A DNA stretch of 64,000 bases from Thermodesulfobacteriota bacterium (GTDB lineage Bacteria > Desulfobacterota > BSN033 > UBA1163): positions 25,120 to 89,119 of the forward strand of contig JBEKWN010000001.1 in NCBI GenBank assembly GCA_049513055.1, written 5' to 3'. The notes under the pieces were generated by a model. The model was not told the DNA's origin. It did not search any database and saw only the letters and a program-made list of their open reading frames with translations. Every line of letters starts with the position of its first letter. Positions within the stretch are counted from its first letter, which is position 1. This document shows positions 30,430 through 39,680 of this stretch, in pieces. Both the position numbers and the translations under genes were made by a program.

Positions 30430-31770
30430 TTACCTCTTGTATTGTTTATGACACTGAACGCAAAGATCCGTAACCGTTGGGAACGGAATCAGATATCGGT
30501 ATCCTGTTCCATGAGACCTATGACAACTCAGACAGTCCATCCTAAGATTCTTATTTCTTGAGTCTGCTACCTTCTCGCCCATCGGATGGCTTGTATGTTT
30601 TAACCAGTCATGGCAGGTTCCACAGAGTTCTATCATTGAGGGTTGCTTCAAAAGGAAGACGCTGTCCGAAGCATGGGAGGTATGACAGGCTTCACAATTT
30701 CCTTCCTGGATAGGATTGTGTGTGAGTGCACCCTTCATTACATTGTCTTTTGCAGCAGCTTTTTCCTGCCTTTCTTTCTCCGCAAGTCTCGTTTGCAACC
30801 CCATCGTGTCTTGATGGCACTTTCCACAAAGGCTTTTCATTTCTCCCATGAGGAGGTTCTTCCGTGGGGAGGCATGAGGTTCATGACAGTTCAAGCAACC
30901 CACTTTGTCTACTAAAGGCCAGTGTATCCTATTTTTGCTAAATGTATCGTTCATCATACTGCTGTGGCATCCCCGGCATAGCTCAAACCCCGCCCTCTTG
31001 GTTTTCAGTGCGTCGGCAGAAGTGGAGGCTTCATGGCACTGACCACACATTTTATTGGCAACCGGCTGATGCACATTATCAAACAATATACCCGCTTTAT
31101 CAGAGCCATGAGCATTGTGGCAGGAGGAACAGTCCGCCTTTGCCACAGGATAATTCATGTGTTGCTTGACAAAGTTTGGCTGGTCTGTCTTATGGCAGGT
31201 CACGCAGAGAACAACCAGATCATTTTTCAGAAGATATTTCGCTTTGGTGGAAGCATGTGGATCATGGCAGTTAATACAGCCTTTCTCTACAGGATTATGC
31301 TTGAATTTTGCTTTTGCAACGGTCTCCCCTATATTCTTGTGACAGTCGAAACAGAGATCATTTCCAGCCTTTAGAAGAACAAATTTGTTATTTGAGGCGT
31401 GGGGATCATGGCACTTTACGCAATTACCTTCCGTCACTACTTTATGACTGCTTTTAGGATTCTTAGGTACAATTCCTTCATGACACTTGTTGCAGATTTT
31501 GTTTGGGTCCGCATCCAGCAACTTTCCATGGGAAGAGGTATGAGGGTTATGGCATTCTGAACATTCCCCTGATTTCACAGGGGTATGGATAAATTGGTTT
31601 TTGAGCTTTTCTTTAAAATTGTCATGACAACTCAGACACAACTTTCCCTTTGCATCAGGTTTCAGTTTGAATTTGTTCTGAGCGTAGGAAAGTGAAAATA
31701 TCAAAAGAGACATGAACAAAATTGGTAAGAAGAGCCACTTCAACCTTAATTTCATAGATAGTCCTTTCAC
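30430..31770 (-). CDS. Multiheme c-type cytochrome, 16 CxxCH motifs
   Basis: 16 CxxCH counted in translation, doubled-CxxCH repeat units (C..CH.PH.S...LC..CH), signal peptide; probable start at internal Met 31755. Confidence 0.85.
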   Translation of the reverse strand: MKGLSMKLRLKWLFLPILFMSLLIFSLSYAQNKFKLKPDAKGKLCLSCHDNFKEKLKNQFIHTPVKSGECSECHNPHTSSHGKLLDADPNKICNKCHEGIVPKNPKSSHKVVTEGNCVKCHDPHASNNKFVLLKAGNDLCFDCHKNIGETVAKAKFKHNPVEKGCINCHDPHASTKAKYLLKNDLVVLCVTCHKTDQPNFVKQHMNYPVAKADCSSCHNAHGSDKAGILFDNVHQPVANKMCGQCHEASTSADALKTKRAGFELCRGCHSSMMNDTFSKNRIHWPLVDKVGCLNCHEPHASPRKNLLMGEMKSLCGKCHQDTMGLQTRLAEKERQEKAAAKDNVMKGALTHNPIQEGNCEACHTSHASDSVFLLKQPSMIELCGTCHDWLKHTSHPMGEKVADSRNKNLRMDCLSCHRSHGTGYRYLIPFPTVTDLCVQCHKQYKR

Positions 31771-31780
31771 TTTACTCTTT

Positions 31781-31804
31781 GCGCTATGCTCTATGCCCTC
31801 TGCG
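31781..31804. repeat. GC-rich 9-bp-periodic short repeat element (GCGCTATGC/TCTATGCCC units), copy 1
   Basis: gcgctatgctctatgccctctgcg in 37-bp gap between the two big cytochrome genes. Confidence 0.6.
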
Positions 31805-31807
31805 TTT

Positions 31808-33799
31808 TTATTTAGTTACAATGTGGCAGTCCTCACAGGATCTTCCCGCAAACGGAGGATGAACGACATCTTTGAAGAACTTCGGATCTTTTGAAGCATG
31901 GGGATCATGGCAATTCCTGCAATTCATGACCGAAGCTTCAATACCGATGTGGGCTTTGTCAAACGTGGCCTTCTTATAATCGTGGCATTCCCCGCAGAGC
32001 GGTTGAATCCGCTGATTCAGTAGGATCGGCTCTGCTGAAAAATGAGGCTTGTGGCACCTCTCGCAGTCTCTTGAGGCTGGTTGATGGGCTTTCTCTTTTT
32101 CCATCCTTACCTTCAGGTCTTTATGGCAAGTGAGACAGAGATCAGGGCTCTTTGCTAAAAGGAGCTTGTCTAATTTTGTCTTGTGAGGACTGTGGCACTT
32201 TGTGCATTCCCCATCGACAACTGGTAAGTGTTTGCTTTTGGCTGTGCCAATCTCTTTGCTCAAATCCGGATGGCAGGATAAACAGAGGGGCCCCTGTTTA
32301 TCGACAATCATCCCTTTCACATTGCTTGCATGAGCATTATGACAGGTGAGGCATTCCCCTTCTGCAAAAGGGTTATGGTTCGTGCCGTTCGTCTCCGCTT
32401 TCATGAGATCACCATGACACGAGGCACACATTTTTGCACCCACAAATCTCAGTATATTCTTCTCATTGGACCCGTGGGAACTATGGCAGGCATCACACTT
32501 AGCGTCCATCACTGGACGATGTGTGTAAGTTTTCAAAAACTTCGCTTCTGCATCCGTATGGCATGCATAACAAACCCGGTCCATCCTTTCCTTGATGATG
32601 TTTTTCATATTCGAGCCATGGGGATTATGGCATGAGTTGCATTCTCCCTCAGAAAAAGGAGGATGAGGCACTTTAGGTTTTACCTCTTTCGTTTTCGTAT
32701 GGCAGGAAAAGCAGAGCTCTTCATTCTTCATGTTCAAAAGATTCTTGTTCTTGGCTGCATGGGGTGGATGGCAGGAAAGGCATCCCTTCGCACTGGTCAC
32801 GGGAGTATGCTTAAATCCCACTTTCTCGCTCTGCTCTTTATGACAATCGAAACAGAGATCATTCATCTTTTTCAGTTCAAGCTTCAGATACTCGGAAGTG
32901 TGTGGGTTGTGGCATGTTAAACACTCCCCTTCTTTAAAGGGGCTATGTTCCACAGTGCCGCCAACTTTCAACTTTGAAGCATCGTGACAATTGTAGCAGA
33001 GCTTACTCCCTGTTTCAGTAGTGCCAAAAGGTTTTGGATCCGAAGCTGGCTTATGGCATGCATCACATTGAGCCAAGACAACAGGGTCATGAGCACTCGT
33101 TTTCAGGAGTTTTGCTTGCAATGAAGAATGTGGATTATGGCAGACGGAACAGATGGCTTGATTCACGGGATAATTGGCGTGAGCTTTTCTAAAGGATGGC
33201 TTGCTGATGTCATGACAGCCAAGACAGAGAGGAGTCTCTGCCTTCACCAAAAGGTCTTTTTGGTCAGAACTGTGGGAGAAATGGCACGTTGTACAACCTT
33301 TTGTCCCCACTTTATGGGCTACCTTCTTTTCATAACCCTCCTTTTTGTGACATTGATAGCAAGCTTCATTACCCTCTGCTTTCAACAAGTGACTGGATTG
33401 AGAAGCATGAGGATTATGGCACTGAATGCATTTTCCTCTTTTTAACGCCGTATGCACATTGGCTTTATTCATCCCAATCTTTTCTTTGCTATGGCATGGA
33501 TAGCAGATTTCATTTCCCTCTTTCTTAAGAAGCAGCTTGGGCACTAAGCCGTGCCGGAGATGGCAATCTTCGCATTTTCTCTCCTTCACTACTACGTGAA
33601 CATCTTTCATTCCCAGATACTTCTCAACAAACTTCTTGTGGCAGTCGAGGCATTCCCTACGGGCAAATTTCTTTCCCGAAGTTGGAGCACCTCCTAACGT
33701 CCTCGTCGCCGGTGCTTGGGCACAGGCATAGAGGATGGCTCCAATCATGATGAGAAAGATGACGAACAGAATGGCTTTGTGCTCTTTTAAGAAAGACAT
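31808..33799 (-). CDS. Multiheme c-type cytochrome, 26 CxxCH motifs, probable lipoprotein/secreted
   Basis: 26 CxxCH counted; regular doubled-CxxCH repeats; N-terminal signal ending AILYAC. Confidence 0.85.
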   Translation of the reverse strand: MSFLKEHKAILFVIFLIMIGAILYACAQAPATRTLGGAPTSGKKFARRECLDCHKKFVEKYLGMKDVHVVVKERKCEDCHLRHGLVPKLLLKKEGNEICYPCHSKEKIGMNKANVHTALKRGKCIQCHNPHASQSSHLLKAEGNEACYQCHKKEGYEKKVAHKVGTKGCTTCHFSHSSDQKDLLVKAETPLCLGCHDISKPSFRKAHANYPVNQAICSVCHNPHSSLQAKLLKTSAHDPVVLAQCDACHKPASDPKPFGTTETGSKLCYNCHDASKLKVGGTVEHSPFKEGECLTCHNPHTSEYLKLELKKMNDLCFDCHKEQSEKVGFKHTPVTSAKGCLSCHPPHAAKNKNLLNMKNEELCFSCHTKTKEVKPKVPHPPFSEGECNSCHNPHGSNMKNIIKERMDRVCYACHTDAEAKFLKTYTHRPVMDAKCDACHSSHGSNEKNILRFVGAKMCASCHGDLMKAETNGTNHNPFAEGECLTCHNAHASNVKGMIVDKQGPLCLSCHPDLSKEIGTAKSKHLPVVDGECTKCHSPHKTKLDKLLLAKSPDLCLTCHKDLKVRMEKEKAHQPASRDCERCHKPHFSAEPILLNQRIQPLCGECHDYKKATFDKAHIGIEASVMNCRNCHDPHASKDPKFFKDVVHPPFAGRSCEDCHIVTK

Positions 33800-33820
33800 A
33801 TATTCACCCTTTTAAACCAG

Positions 33821-33844
33821 GCATAGTGCAGAGCGCATAGGGGA
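33821..33844. repeat. Repeat element copy 2 (GCATAGTGC/GCAGAGCGC units)
   Basis: gcatagtgcagagcgcataggggg just upstream of the 26-heme cytochrome start. Confidence 0.6.
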
Positions 33845-33864
33845 TAGAGTAATTAGCTTTGCCA

Positions 33865-35514
33865 TTAATAGGTCAGGTAAACCTTCACATCCGAAACAGC
33901 TCTCAGTTTCTCTGCCCACTCCTCCACGGCTTTTTTAAGCTTATCATCAAAGACTATTCCGGCAATTTTCTTCTTTGCCTCCTCAAAGGGCTGAGGTTTC
34001 GCAGGAATCACATCCTGTATGGCCAGCGCATAGAAATAACCTTCAACACTTTCATATAACCTAAAATCACCAGGTCTTACCCCTGAAATAGATTTACGAA
34101 CTCCTTCAGGTAAATCTTTCGTAGTGAGAAATTTCCCTTCAAAGTTCAAGATGTCTTTACTATTACTCTTATCGATTTGGCCTTCTGCATTTTCCGTCAG
34201 CCACTGAAAGTCCGTACCTTTCCTGAGTTTCTCGAGCGCCGTTTCGGCAAACTCTCTTTTTGCAAAGACGAGGCTGTTGATCTTCATCATTTCCGGCATG
34301 GTATATTCTTTAATGTGATCATTGTAATACGTTTTAAGCTCCTCCTCCTTAAGCTCGATATCTGGGACGACCACTTTTTGAATAAATGCCCCGAAGATCA
34401 CAGAATTCTCATATTCTTTAACCCTGTTCTTATAGGTTTCCGTTTTGTCGATTCTAAGCCTAAGGGCTTCTTTCCTGAATACCCTTTTGTGCAGCATCTC
34501 GTTTAAGGCAGGAATTTTTCTTTCATTCAAATTTTTGCTTTCTATTGCCCTTTCGACCCCATGATAAAGCTGCTGCCTGAGATTATCGGTCAATTCTCCG
34601 ACCGTGATAGGCTTTTCTCCTTGTATCTCTGCGATGACCCGTTTATCCTCAAGAAGTTTTTGGAACCCTGGTTCCTTGGCCTCAAAGTCGATGTCGTCAA
34701 AAACCTTCTTATTCAATTTCACATACTTCTTGATCAGAGCATCATTATAATTCTCTAAAACTCCTTTCTTTTTCAAAACCAGAGCTTCGCGTTTTGCCAT
34801 TTCCCTGGCCTCTTCGCTTTCAGAATACCGAATGTCTTCAACTTTTAATACGGCAAAACCGGATCCCACGGGGATGATAGGGCTCACGGAGCCCGCCTCC
34901 ATCTTAGAAACTGTTTCAGCAACCTGCGGCAACAAGTCTTTTCGGCTCAAATAGTTACTTTCTTCGCCTCCCTTTGCGGCTCCATCCGAAACGACCTTTC
35001 GGGCCACTTCATCGAAACTCTTGCCTTCCTTGATCTCCTCCTCCATCTTCTTCGCGGAATCTTCCTTTTCGAATATGACGGATTTAATCTTCCATTCTTT
35101 TGCTAACTCCTTATAAATCTTTTCAATCTCTTTTTGGTCAGCCTTCACATCTTTCAACTGCCTTTCCGCCAATAACTCCCTGAGTGTGATGCGAGAGAAT
35201 ACATCTACCATATTTTTCACTTCGGGCAACTCATCAAGGCCGATCTTTCTGGCCTCTTGGATAATGAGTTTTGTATTGATCAAGCGCCTCAACAGTTCAG
35301 ACTCCGTACCTTTTTTCCCCTCGGCAGACTTGCTCCCCTTTAAAGAAGAGACCTCCTGGTTGAACTCCTGCAGAGTAATTGGTTCATCATTAACCATGGC
35401 AACTATTTTTTTGCCTTTCATTAATGGCAATTTCTGCTCCGATGCAAATACAGTTGCTTCGATAAGCAAGAAAATAACTAAGACTATTTTTGGTATCAAA
35501 GAAAGATATTTCAT
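33865..35514 (-). CDS. SurA/PpiD-like periplasmic chaperone with parvulin-type PPIase domain(s)
   Basis: Signal peptide MKYLSLIPKIVLVIFLLIEATVFA, SurA_N-like region, rotamase-like segment (PIIPVGSGFAVLKVED); start moved to internal Met so the intergenic repeat is not translated. Confidence 0.5.
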   Translation of the reverse strand: MKYLSLIPKIVLVIFLLIEATVFASEQKLPLMKGKKIVAMVNDEPITLQEFNQEVSSLKGSKSAEGKKGTESELLRRLINTKLIIQEARKIGLDELPEVKNMVDVFSRITLRELLAERQLKDVKADQKEIEKIYKELAKEWKIKSVIFEKEDSAKKMEEEIKEGKSFDEVARKVVSDGAAKGGEESNYLSRKDLLPQVAETVSKMEAGSVSPIIPVGSGFAVLKVEDIRYSESEEAREMAKREALVLKKKGVLENYNDALIKKYVKLNKKVFDDIDFEAKEPGFQKLLEDKRVIAEIQGEKPITVGELTDNLRQQLYHGVERAIESKNLNERKIPALNEMLHKRVFRKEALRLRIDKTETYKNRVKEYENSVIFGAFIQKVVVPDIELKEEELKTYYNDHIKEYTMPEMMKINSLVFAKREFAETALEKLRKGTDFQWLTENAEGQIDKSNSKDILNFEGKFLTTKDLPEGVRKSISGVRPGDFRLYESVEGYFYALAIQDVIPAKPQPFEEAKKKIAGIVFDDKLKKAVEEWAEKLRAVSDVKVYLTY

Positions 35515-35538
35515 CTCACTCCTTTTTCTATACACCAG

Positions 35539-35561
35539 GCGCTCTGCTCTATGCCCTATGC
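35539..35561. repeat. Repeat element copy 3
   Basis: gcgctctgctctatgccctatgc. Confidence 0.6.
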
Positions 35562-35567
35562 TTTCTA

Positions 35568-36659
35568 TCACTTGGCCATCATTTTCCCTATTGACTGAAC
35601 CATCTGGGAAGCCATGGCATGGGCGGTATTGACCCTCCCCCAGTCAAAAAAGAAGACGCCATCGTCCCCCGTATTATAACTGGTGGAACTCCAGACAACC
35701 TCTCTGCTCTTCCTTTCGATCACCTCTGCGGTAAAATCAACTTTCGGTTTTCCAAAACTGCCTTGGTAATCCTGATAATCGAGCACCTGTCCAGTCACGA
35801 CAAGATCGACATTCAACATTGCAAAAATGGCACCAGCGTCAGCCAGAGAAACCCCTTGATCCATGATAATTCTCAAATTGAGAAGCTGCTGTCTCACAAT
35901 ACCTGGTTCAATCACATCGAACTGTTCGAATTCTTTCAAATGCTTGACAAAATGGAGGGATACGATCTCCGCTCCATATTTCCTCTCGCTCCTGTTGAAA
36001 AAGGGGACAACCGCCACAGTGTATTTCCTCTTCCCTTCTATCACGGGTGAACGGAAAGATATCTTTGGTCGAAATTTCCTTTTCACAGACAGCCCTTTGT
36101 TCTCCTTCTGGCCGGAAAGACTTTCTCTTAGAGAGTCTAGCAAACGGTTCAGAGCCTTTTTTTGAAGCGTCTTAGGGTCTTCGATTAAACCTAAACCAAG
36201 AATACCCGGTGAATCATCGCCGGCCAATCCCACATCGTCGATCCACAGTATGGTAGGATTATCTCCGCTGGAAACGAGCCTCAAGGTCAATGCAATTTTG
36301 GGCGGATTCGTTTCATTATAGAGTTCGAGAGAAGTGATGAGCACGGCTTGACAGTCGATCTCATCCTTGAATTCTTTTGCCGTTATCTTATCGATACCTC
36401 CGGTGTAACGAATGCGATGCTTCGCCATAAATTTCTCGAGAGCATCCTCCTGAAGCACATCGATTCCCCTTGCCTTTAAACCATCCATAAGAGCTCCTCT
36501 TATCTCTTTAAGGGGCGACGCAGTTCCACTAAGGTTCTCCATTGGCAGGACGGCAATGAGGAATCGTTCTCCCATTCCGGGAAGATTTTCTTTCGTCGCC
36601 TCTTTCCCGGTTGCGCATCCGATAAGGAAAAGAAGCCCCGCAAAGAAAACAATTGTCAT
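35568..36659 (-). CDS. Lipoprotein with two LpoB/CsgG/TolB-N-like domains
   Basis: Lipobox LFLIGC; repeated modules FLIAVLPMENLSG... and YTVAVVPFFNRSE...VDLVVTGQV; start taken at MTIVFF to avoid overlap. Confidence 0.5.
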   Translation of the reverse strand: MTIVFFAGLLFLIGCATGKEATKENLPGMGERFLIAVLPMENLSGTASPLKEIRGALMDGLKARGIDVLQEDALEKFMAKHRIRYTGGIDKITAKEFKDEIDCQAVLITSLELYNETNPPKIALTLRLVSSGDNPTILWIDDVGLAGDDSPGILGLGLIEDPKTLQKKALNRLLDSLRESLSGQKENKGLSVKRKFRPKISFRSPVIEGKRKYTVAVVPFFNRSERKYGAEIVSLHFVKHLKEFEQFDVIEPGIVRQQLLNLRIIMDQGVSLADAGAIFAMLNVDLVVTGQVLDYQDYQGSFGKPKVDFTAEVIERKSREVVWSSTSYNTGDDGVFFFDWGRVNTAHAMASQMVQSIGKMMAK

Positions 36660-36660
36660 T

Positions 36661-37233
36661 TTATTTAAAAAGCTTGTTAACGAGATCATTCACAGCCTTG
36701 TCAGTAATGTCATTCATGGGCCTGCCACCCCCACCCAAGAGGCGATCCCAGATGCTGATCCCGCCTTTCGTCGTGGACGCAGTCCATACCACCTTCCCGG
36801 TCGTCCCCTCCATCATCTGGAGACTGACGGATATAATATTTGCAGAACTGGTACCTGACCTCACCTCACCATACTCTTTAACCACCCCCGTTACAACGGC
36901 CTGGGCTTTGATAAGTCCCGACAATTTTACGACCTCTTCTTGAGAAGGAGCAGCAGGATTCTGGATCTCTGCCCTGGCAATCCCTCTTGCAACCTCGCCA
37001 ATGGGGAGTACATATACAGCACCTGTGGATAATAGCTTGTTGATAAAGACATCTCTCACCCGTTCGCCAGCAATATTATCCCTTGTAAAGTTTAGGAAAG
37101 GCATGGCGGCAATGGTCTGTATCGCCCCGAAATCCATGTTTGGATCACGGTATATATTAGTTGTGGCACAAGCTGATACAAAGACGGGAACCAAAAACAA
37201 CAGAATTTTTAATAGACTGAAAGGTTTCTTCAT
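36661..37233 (-). CDS. Lipoprotein with one LpoB/CsgG/TolB-N-like domain
   Basis: Lipobox VFVSAC; IAAMPFLNFT...AQAVVTGVVKEYGE motif resembling previous gene. Confidence 0.5.
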   Translation of the reverse strand: MKKPFSLLKILLFLVPVFVSACATTNIYRDPNMDFGAIQTIAAMPFLNFTRDNIAGERVRDVFINKLLSTGAVYVLPIGEVARGIARAEIQNPAAPSQEEVVKLSGLIKAQAVVTGVVKEYGEVRSGTSSANIISVSLQMMEGTTGKVVWTASTTKGGISIWDRLLGGGGRPMNDITDKAVNDLVNKLFK

Positions 37234-37335
37234 AACCGACAGGACTCCCCCCCTTTTCCCAAAAAAAAATTAGATTGTGTGAAAATCGTCATTGAATTTC
37301 AATATCTAATACTTTTCCTATCTTGTCAATATCGC

Positions 37336-39507
37336 TCATAAAAATATCTTCAAATTAGCACTGAAACCGTTCGAATCCGATTTTTCCAATTTAGACGAAG
37401 TATGGATATACTGATAAGACAGGTCTAAGAAGGAACGGCTCGTTATATTCCATCTCACGCTTGGGGTTATCAGTCTGTTCTTCTGGTTATTTTCGGACAA
37501 TATGCTCTCATTATAGGAAAAATTAAATTGAAGCGTCCCTTCCGGAAAAGGTGACCAGTTGAGCCCGTAATTCTGGGTCGTCTGAATCTTCTGACCTTTT
37601 TGCGCTAATATTTCCCATGAGGTAAAGATATATAACGTTTCAAAAGGACGGTAGGCTACACTCAAGTCTCCCCTCCTTGCAGAAGTAGAAGTAGACGGCA
37701 GACCGCCACCAGATTGGTTTGTCGTTGTATCAGAGTAAATCAGAGTTATTGTCGTGGTTCTGTGGGGAACGATATTTGCGCCGAAATTGATGACGGTGTT
37801 GTTCTGCTTTTGACCTGTCTCTAAGGTCGAAAAATTGTACCCCCCACCGAGATTAATATCGATCCCTTTGTACAATGTTGCATTGTTTTGCAGAAAGATT
37901 GAATTATTCTTTGTTGATTTCCCACCAATCTCTTCTATGCGTCCACTATAGATGAGATTGTGCCGAAGGGTTGTCAACGGAGTGGCAACGATTGAGGCAT
38001 TGTATACGTAGGCCCACCTTTTCTTCCCCTCTTCAGTGCCATCTTCTCTTGCTACTCTCGCGCTCCCTGAAAAGATGGGATTAAACCTGTGATTCACTGA
38101 CAACCCGTTCGAAACAGTGTACGTGGTCTGACCAAGGTCTGTTTTGTCGAGGAAATAAGAGAACTCATAAAAAAGCGTGGGGATATCCAAAATCCTTGTT
38201 CTTGAATCGATGTTAAGAATATGGGTAAGTTTCGTGGTTCTGCCTTTCACCTGTTCCGCAGGCTTCTTTATAAATGCCTGCAACTCTGTGATGAAAATGT
38301 TTGGAAAACTTATTGCCCCGCTGACAAAATTTTGAAGGGGGAGGGTCACCACCTTTATATATCTTGTCGTTACTGGATTTATGAAGTTGATTTCAAAACG
38401 GTTTTGGAATTGTCCGGGAGAAACAGTAACGCCTAAAACTTGCGTCCAATTCAGGTTATCTGAACTTGTCCATACTTGGATATTTGAAAAAAAGAAGGTT
38501 AAAATGTTCGTTGCTGCAGAAAGGTCCCTATCAACCCACAGGAAGAGGCTGTTTACCTGTGTTGAAACCAAAAAATCGAGGCCTACCTGCCTTAGGCTCG
38601 TCGTATCTCCACCAAGAGGAGGAAGTCCAATATTGATGCCGGCGCTTGTAGTGGTATTCCCGTCAATGAGAGCTGGATTGGAATCAAGTGTTATGGGACT
38701 AGCCGTAATATTAATAATAGAAAGCCCTGCAAAAGGAGAAATTTGGGAGCTTACCGTTCCTCCTTTGCCTGTTGCAGTGGTATTGGTTTCTTCATAAGTG
38801 ATGTTGTAACTCCCGTTAAAAGAAACCCGGTTGTTAAAAAACATATCCGAGTAAGTAATTCTTCCGGTGTTCAGGTAATCTTTCGTGTCCACTCCGTTCA
38901 ATTTGTCTTTTGTATCGGTATACGTACCTTGATATCTGACATCGAGGTTCTTATACGTATATCTGGCGCTCAATAAACCATAGTCAGTGGTGGTATCCTG
39001 AATACTATGTTTTTCATCAAAGAGATTAGTTCGGGTAAGCCGCACATCGATGACCGGAAGTCCCTCGGGCCTCCAGCCTAAAATGACATTGTAGTCCTCA
39101 TTCACAGTAGTAACACCGGGGGAACCTGAAGTTTTCACTGTTTCCTGCCTTCTGTCATAACCGATTCCAGCCGTATAGAGGGGGGTGTTGAGCGTAAGGT
39201 TGATATAGGGACGCAGGTCGGTCGTATCCGATTTCGTTCTCATTCCATCAGTTTTGTCCCAGGAAATATTCTTTTCAACAACGACGCCAGCATCCAATCT
39301 CAAATTAGGAAAGATGTTTGTGTTTACCGTAAGGGTCACTCGAGGATTGAAATTATTCGTTACTGTTTTGGTAGTCACCCCCGTCGCATCTGTTGTCTTC
39401 GTAGATAAAAAATTATAGTTTAACTCTAAGAGGCCGCTTACGCCTTGAAGGAGTCCCTGTGCACTCGCCATGCCCGGTAACAACACCAAGACCAGCAAGA
39501 TAAGCAT
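37336..39507 (-). CDS. Predicted large outer-membrane beta-barrel protein (~720 aa)
   Basis: Signal peptide MLILLVLVLLPGMASA, Thr/Asn/Ser/Tyr-rich alternating amphipathic strands throughout, no TM helices; start moved from 39540 to Met at 39507. Confidence 0.45.
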   Translation of the reverse strand: MLILLVLVLLPGMASAQGLLQGVSGLLELNYNFLSTKTTDATGVTTKTVTNNFNPRVTLTVNTNIFPNLRLDAGVVVEKNISWDKTDGMRTKSDTTDLRPYINLTLNTPLYTAGIGYDRRQETVKTSGSPGVTTVNEDYNVILGWRPEGLPVIDVRLTRTNLFDEKHSIQDTTTDYGLLSARYTYKNLDVRYQGTYTDTKDKLNGVDTKDYLNTGRITYSDMFFNNRVSFNGSYNITYEETNTTATGKGGTVSSQISPFAGLSIINITASPITLDSNPALIDGNTTTSAGINIGLPPLGGDTTSLRQVGLDFLVSTQVNSLFLWVDRDLSAATNILTFFFSNIQVWTSSDNLNWTQVLGVTVSPGQFQNRFEINFINPVTTRYIKVVTLPLQNFVSGAISFPNIFITELQAFIKKPAEQVKGRTTKLTHILNIDSRTRILDIPTLFYEFSYFLDKTDLGQTTYTVSNGLSVNHRFNPIFSGSARVAREDGTEEGKKRWAYVYNASIVATPLTTLRHNLIYSGRIEEIGGKSTKNNSIFLQNNATLYKGIDINLGGGYNFSTLETGQKQNNTVINFGANIVPHRTTTITLIYSDTTTNQSGGGLPSTSTSARRGDLSVAYRPFETLYIFTSWEILAQKGQKIQTTQNYGLNWSPFPEGTLQFNFSYNESILSENNQKNRLITPSVRWNITSRSFLDLSYQYIHTSSKLEKSDSNGFSANLKIFL

Positions 39508-39508
39508 G

Positions 39509-39525
39509 GCGCATAGCGCAGAGCG
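39509..39525. repeat. Repeat element copy 4
   Basis: gcgcatagcgcagagcg immediately 5' of the chosen start of the beta-barrel gene. Confidence 0.55.
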
Positions 39526-39648
39526 TAGATCGTATTTCATCCAGAAAGCCCTTATAGCTATGTGACTTGGTAGAAAAAGTGGAATAGGATGCTTCGGATT
39601 GAACGCCTAACCAAATTTAACCGCTTTGAGTTATTCAAATTTTTCTCA

Positions 39649-39679
39649 CGCTATGCGCTAAGCGCTCTGCGCTATGCGT
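39649..39679. repeat. Repeat element copy 5
   Basis: cgctatgcgctaagcgctctgcgctatgcg abutting the stop of 39681-41099(-). Confidence 0.6.
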
Positions 39680-39680
39680 G

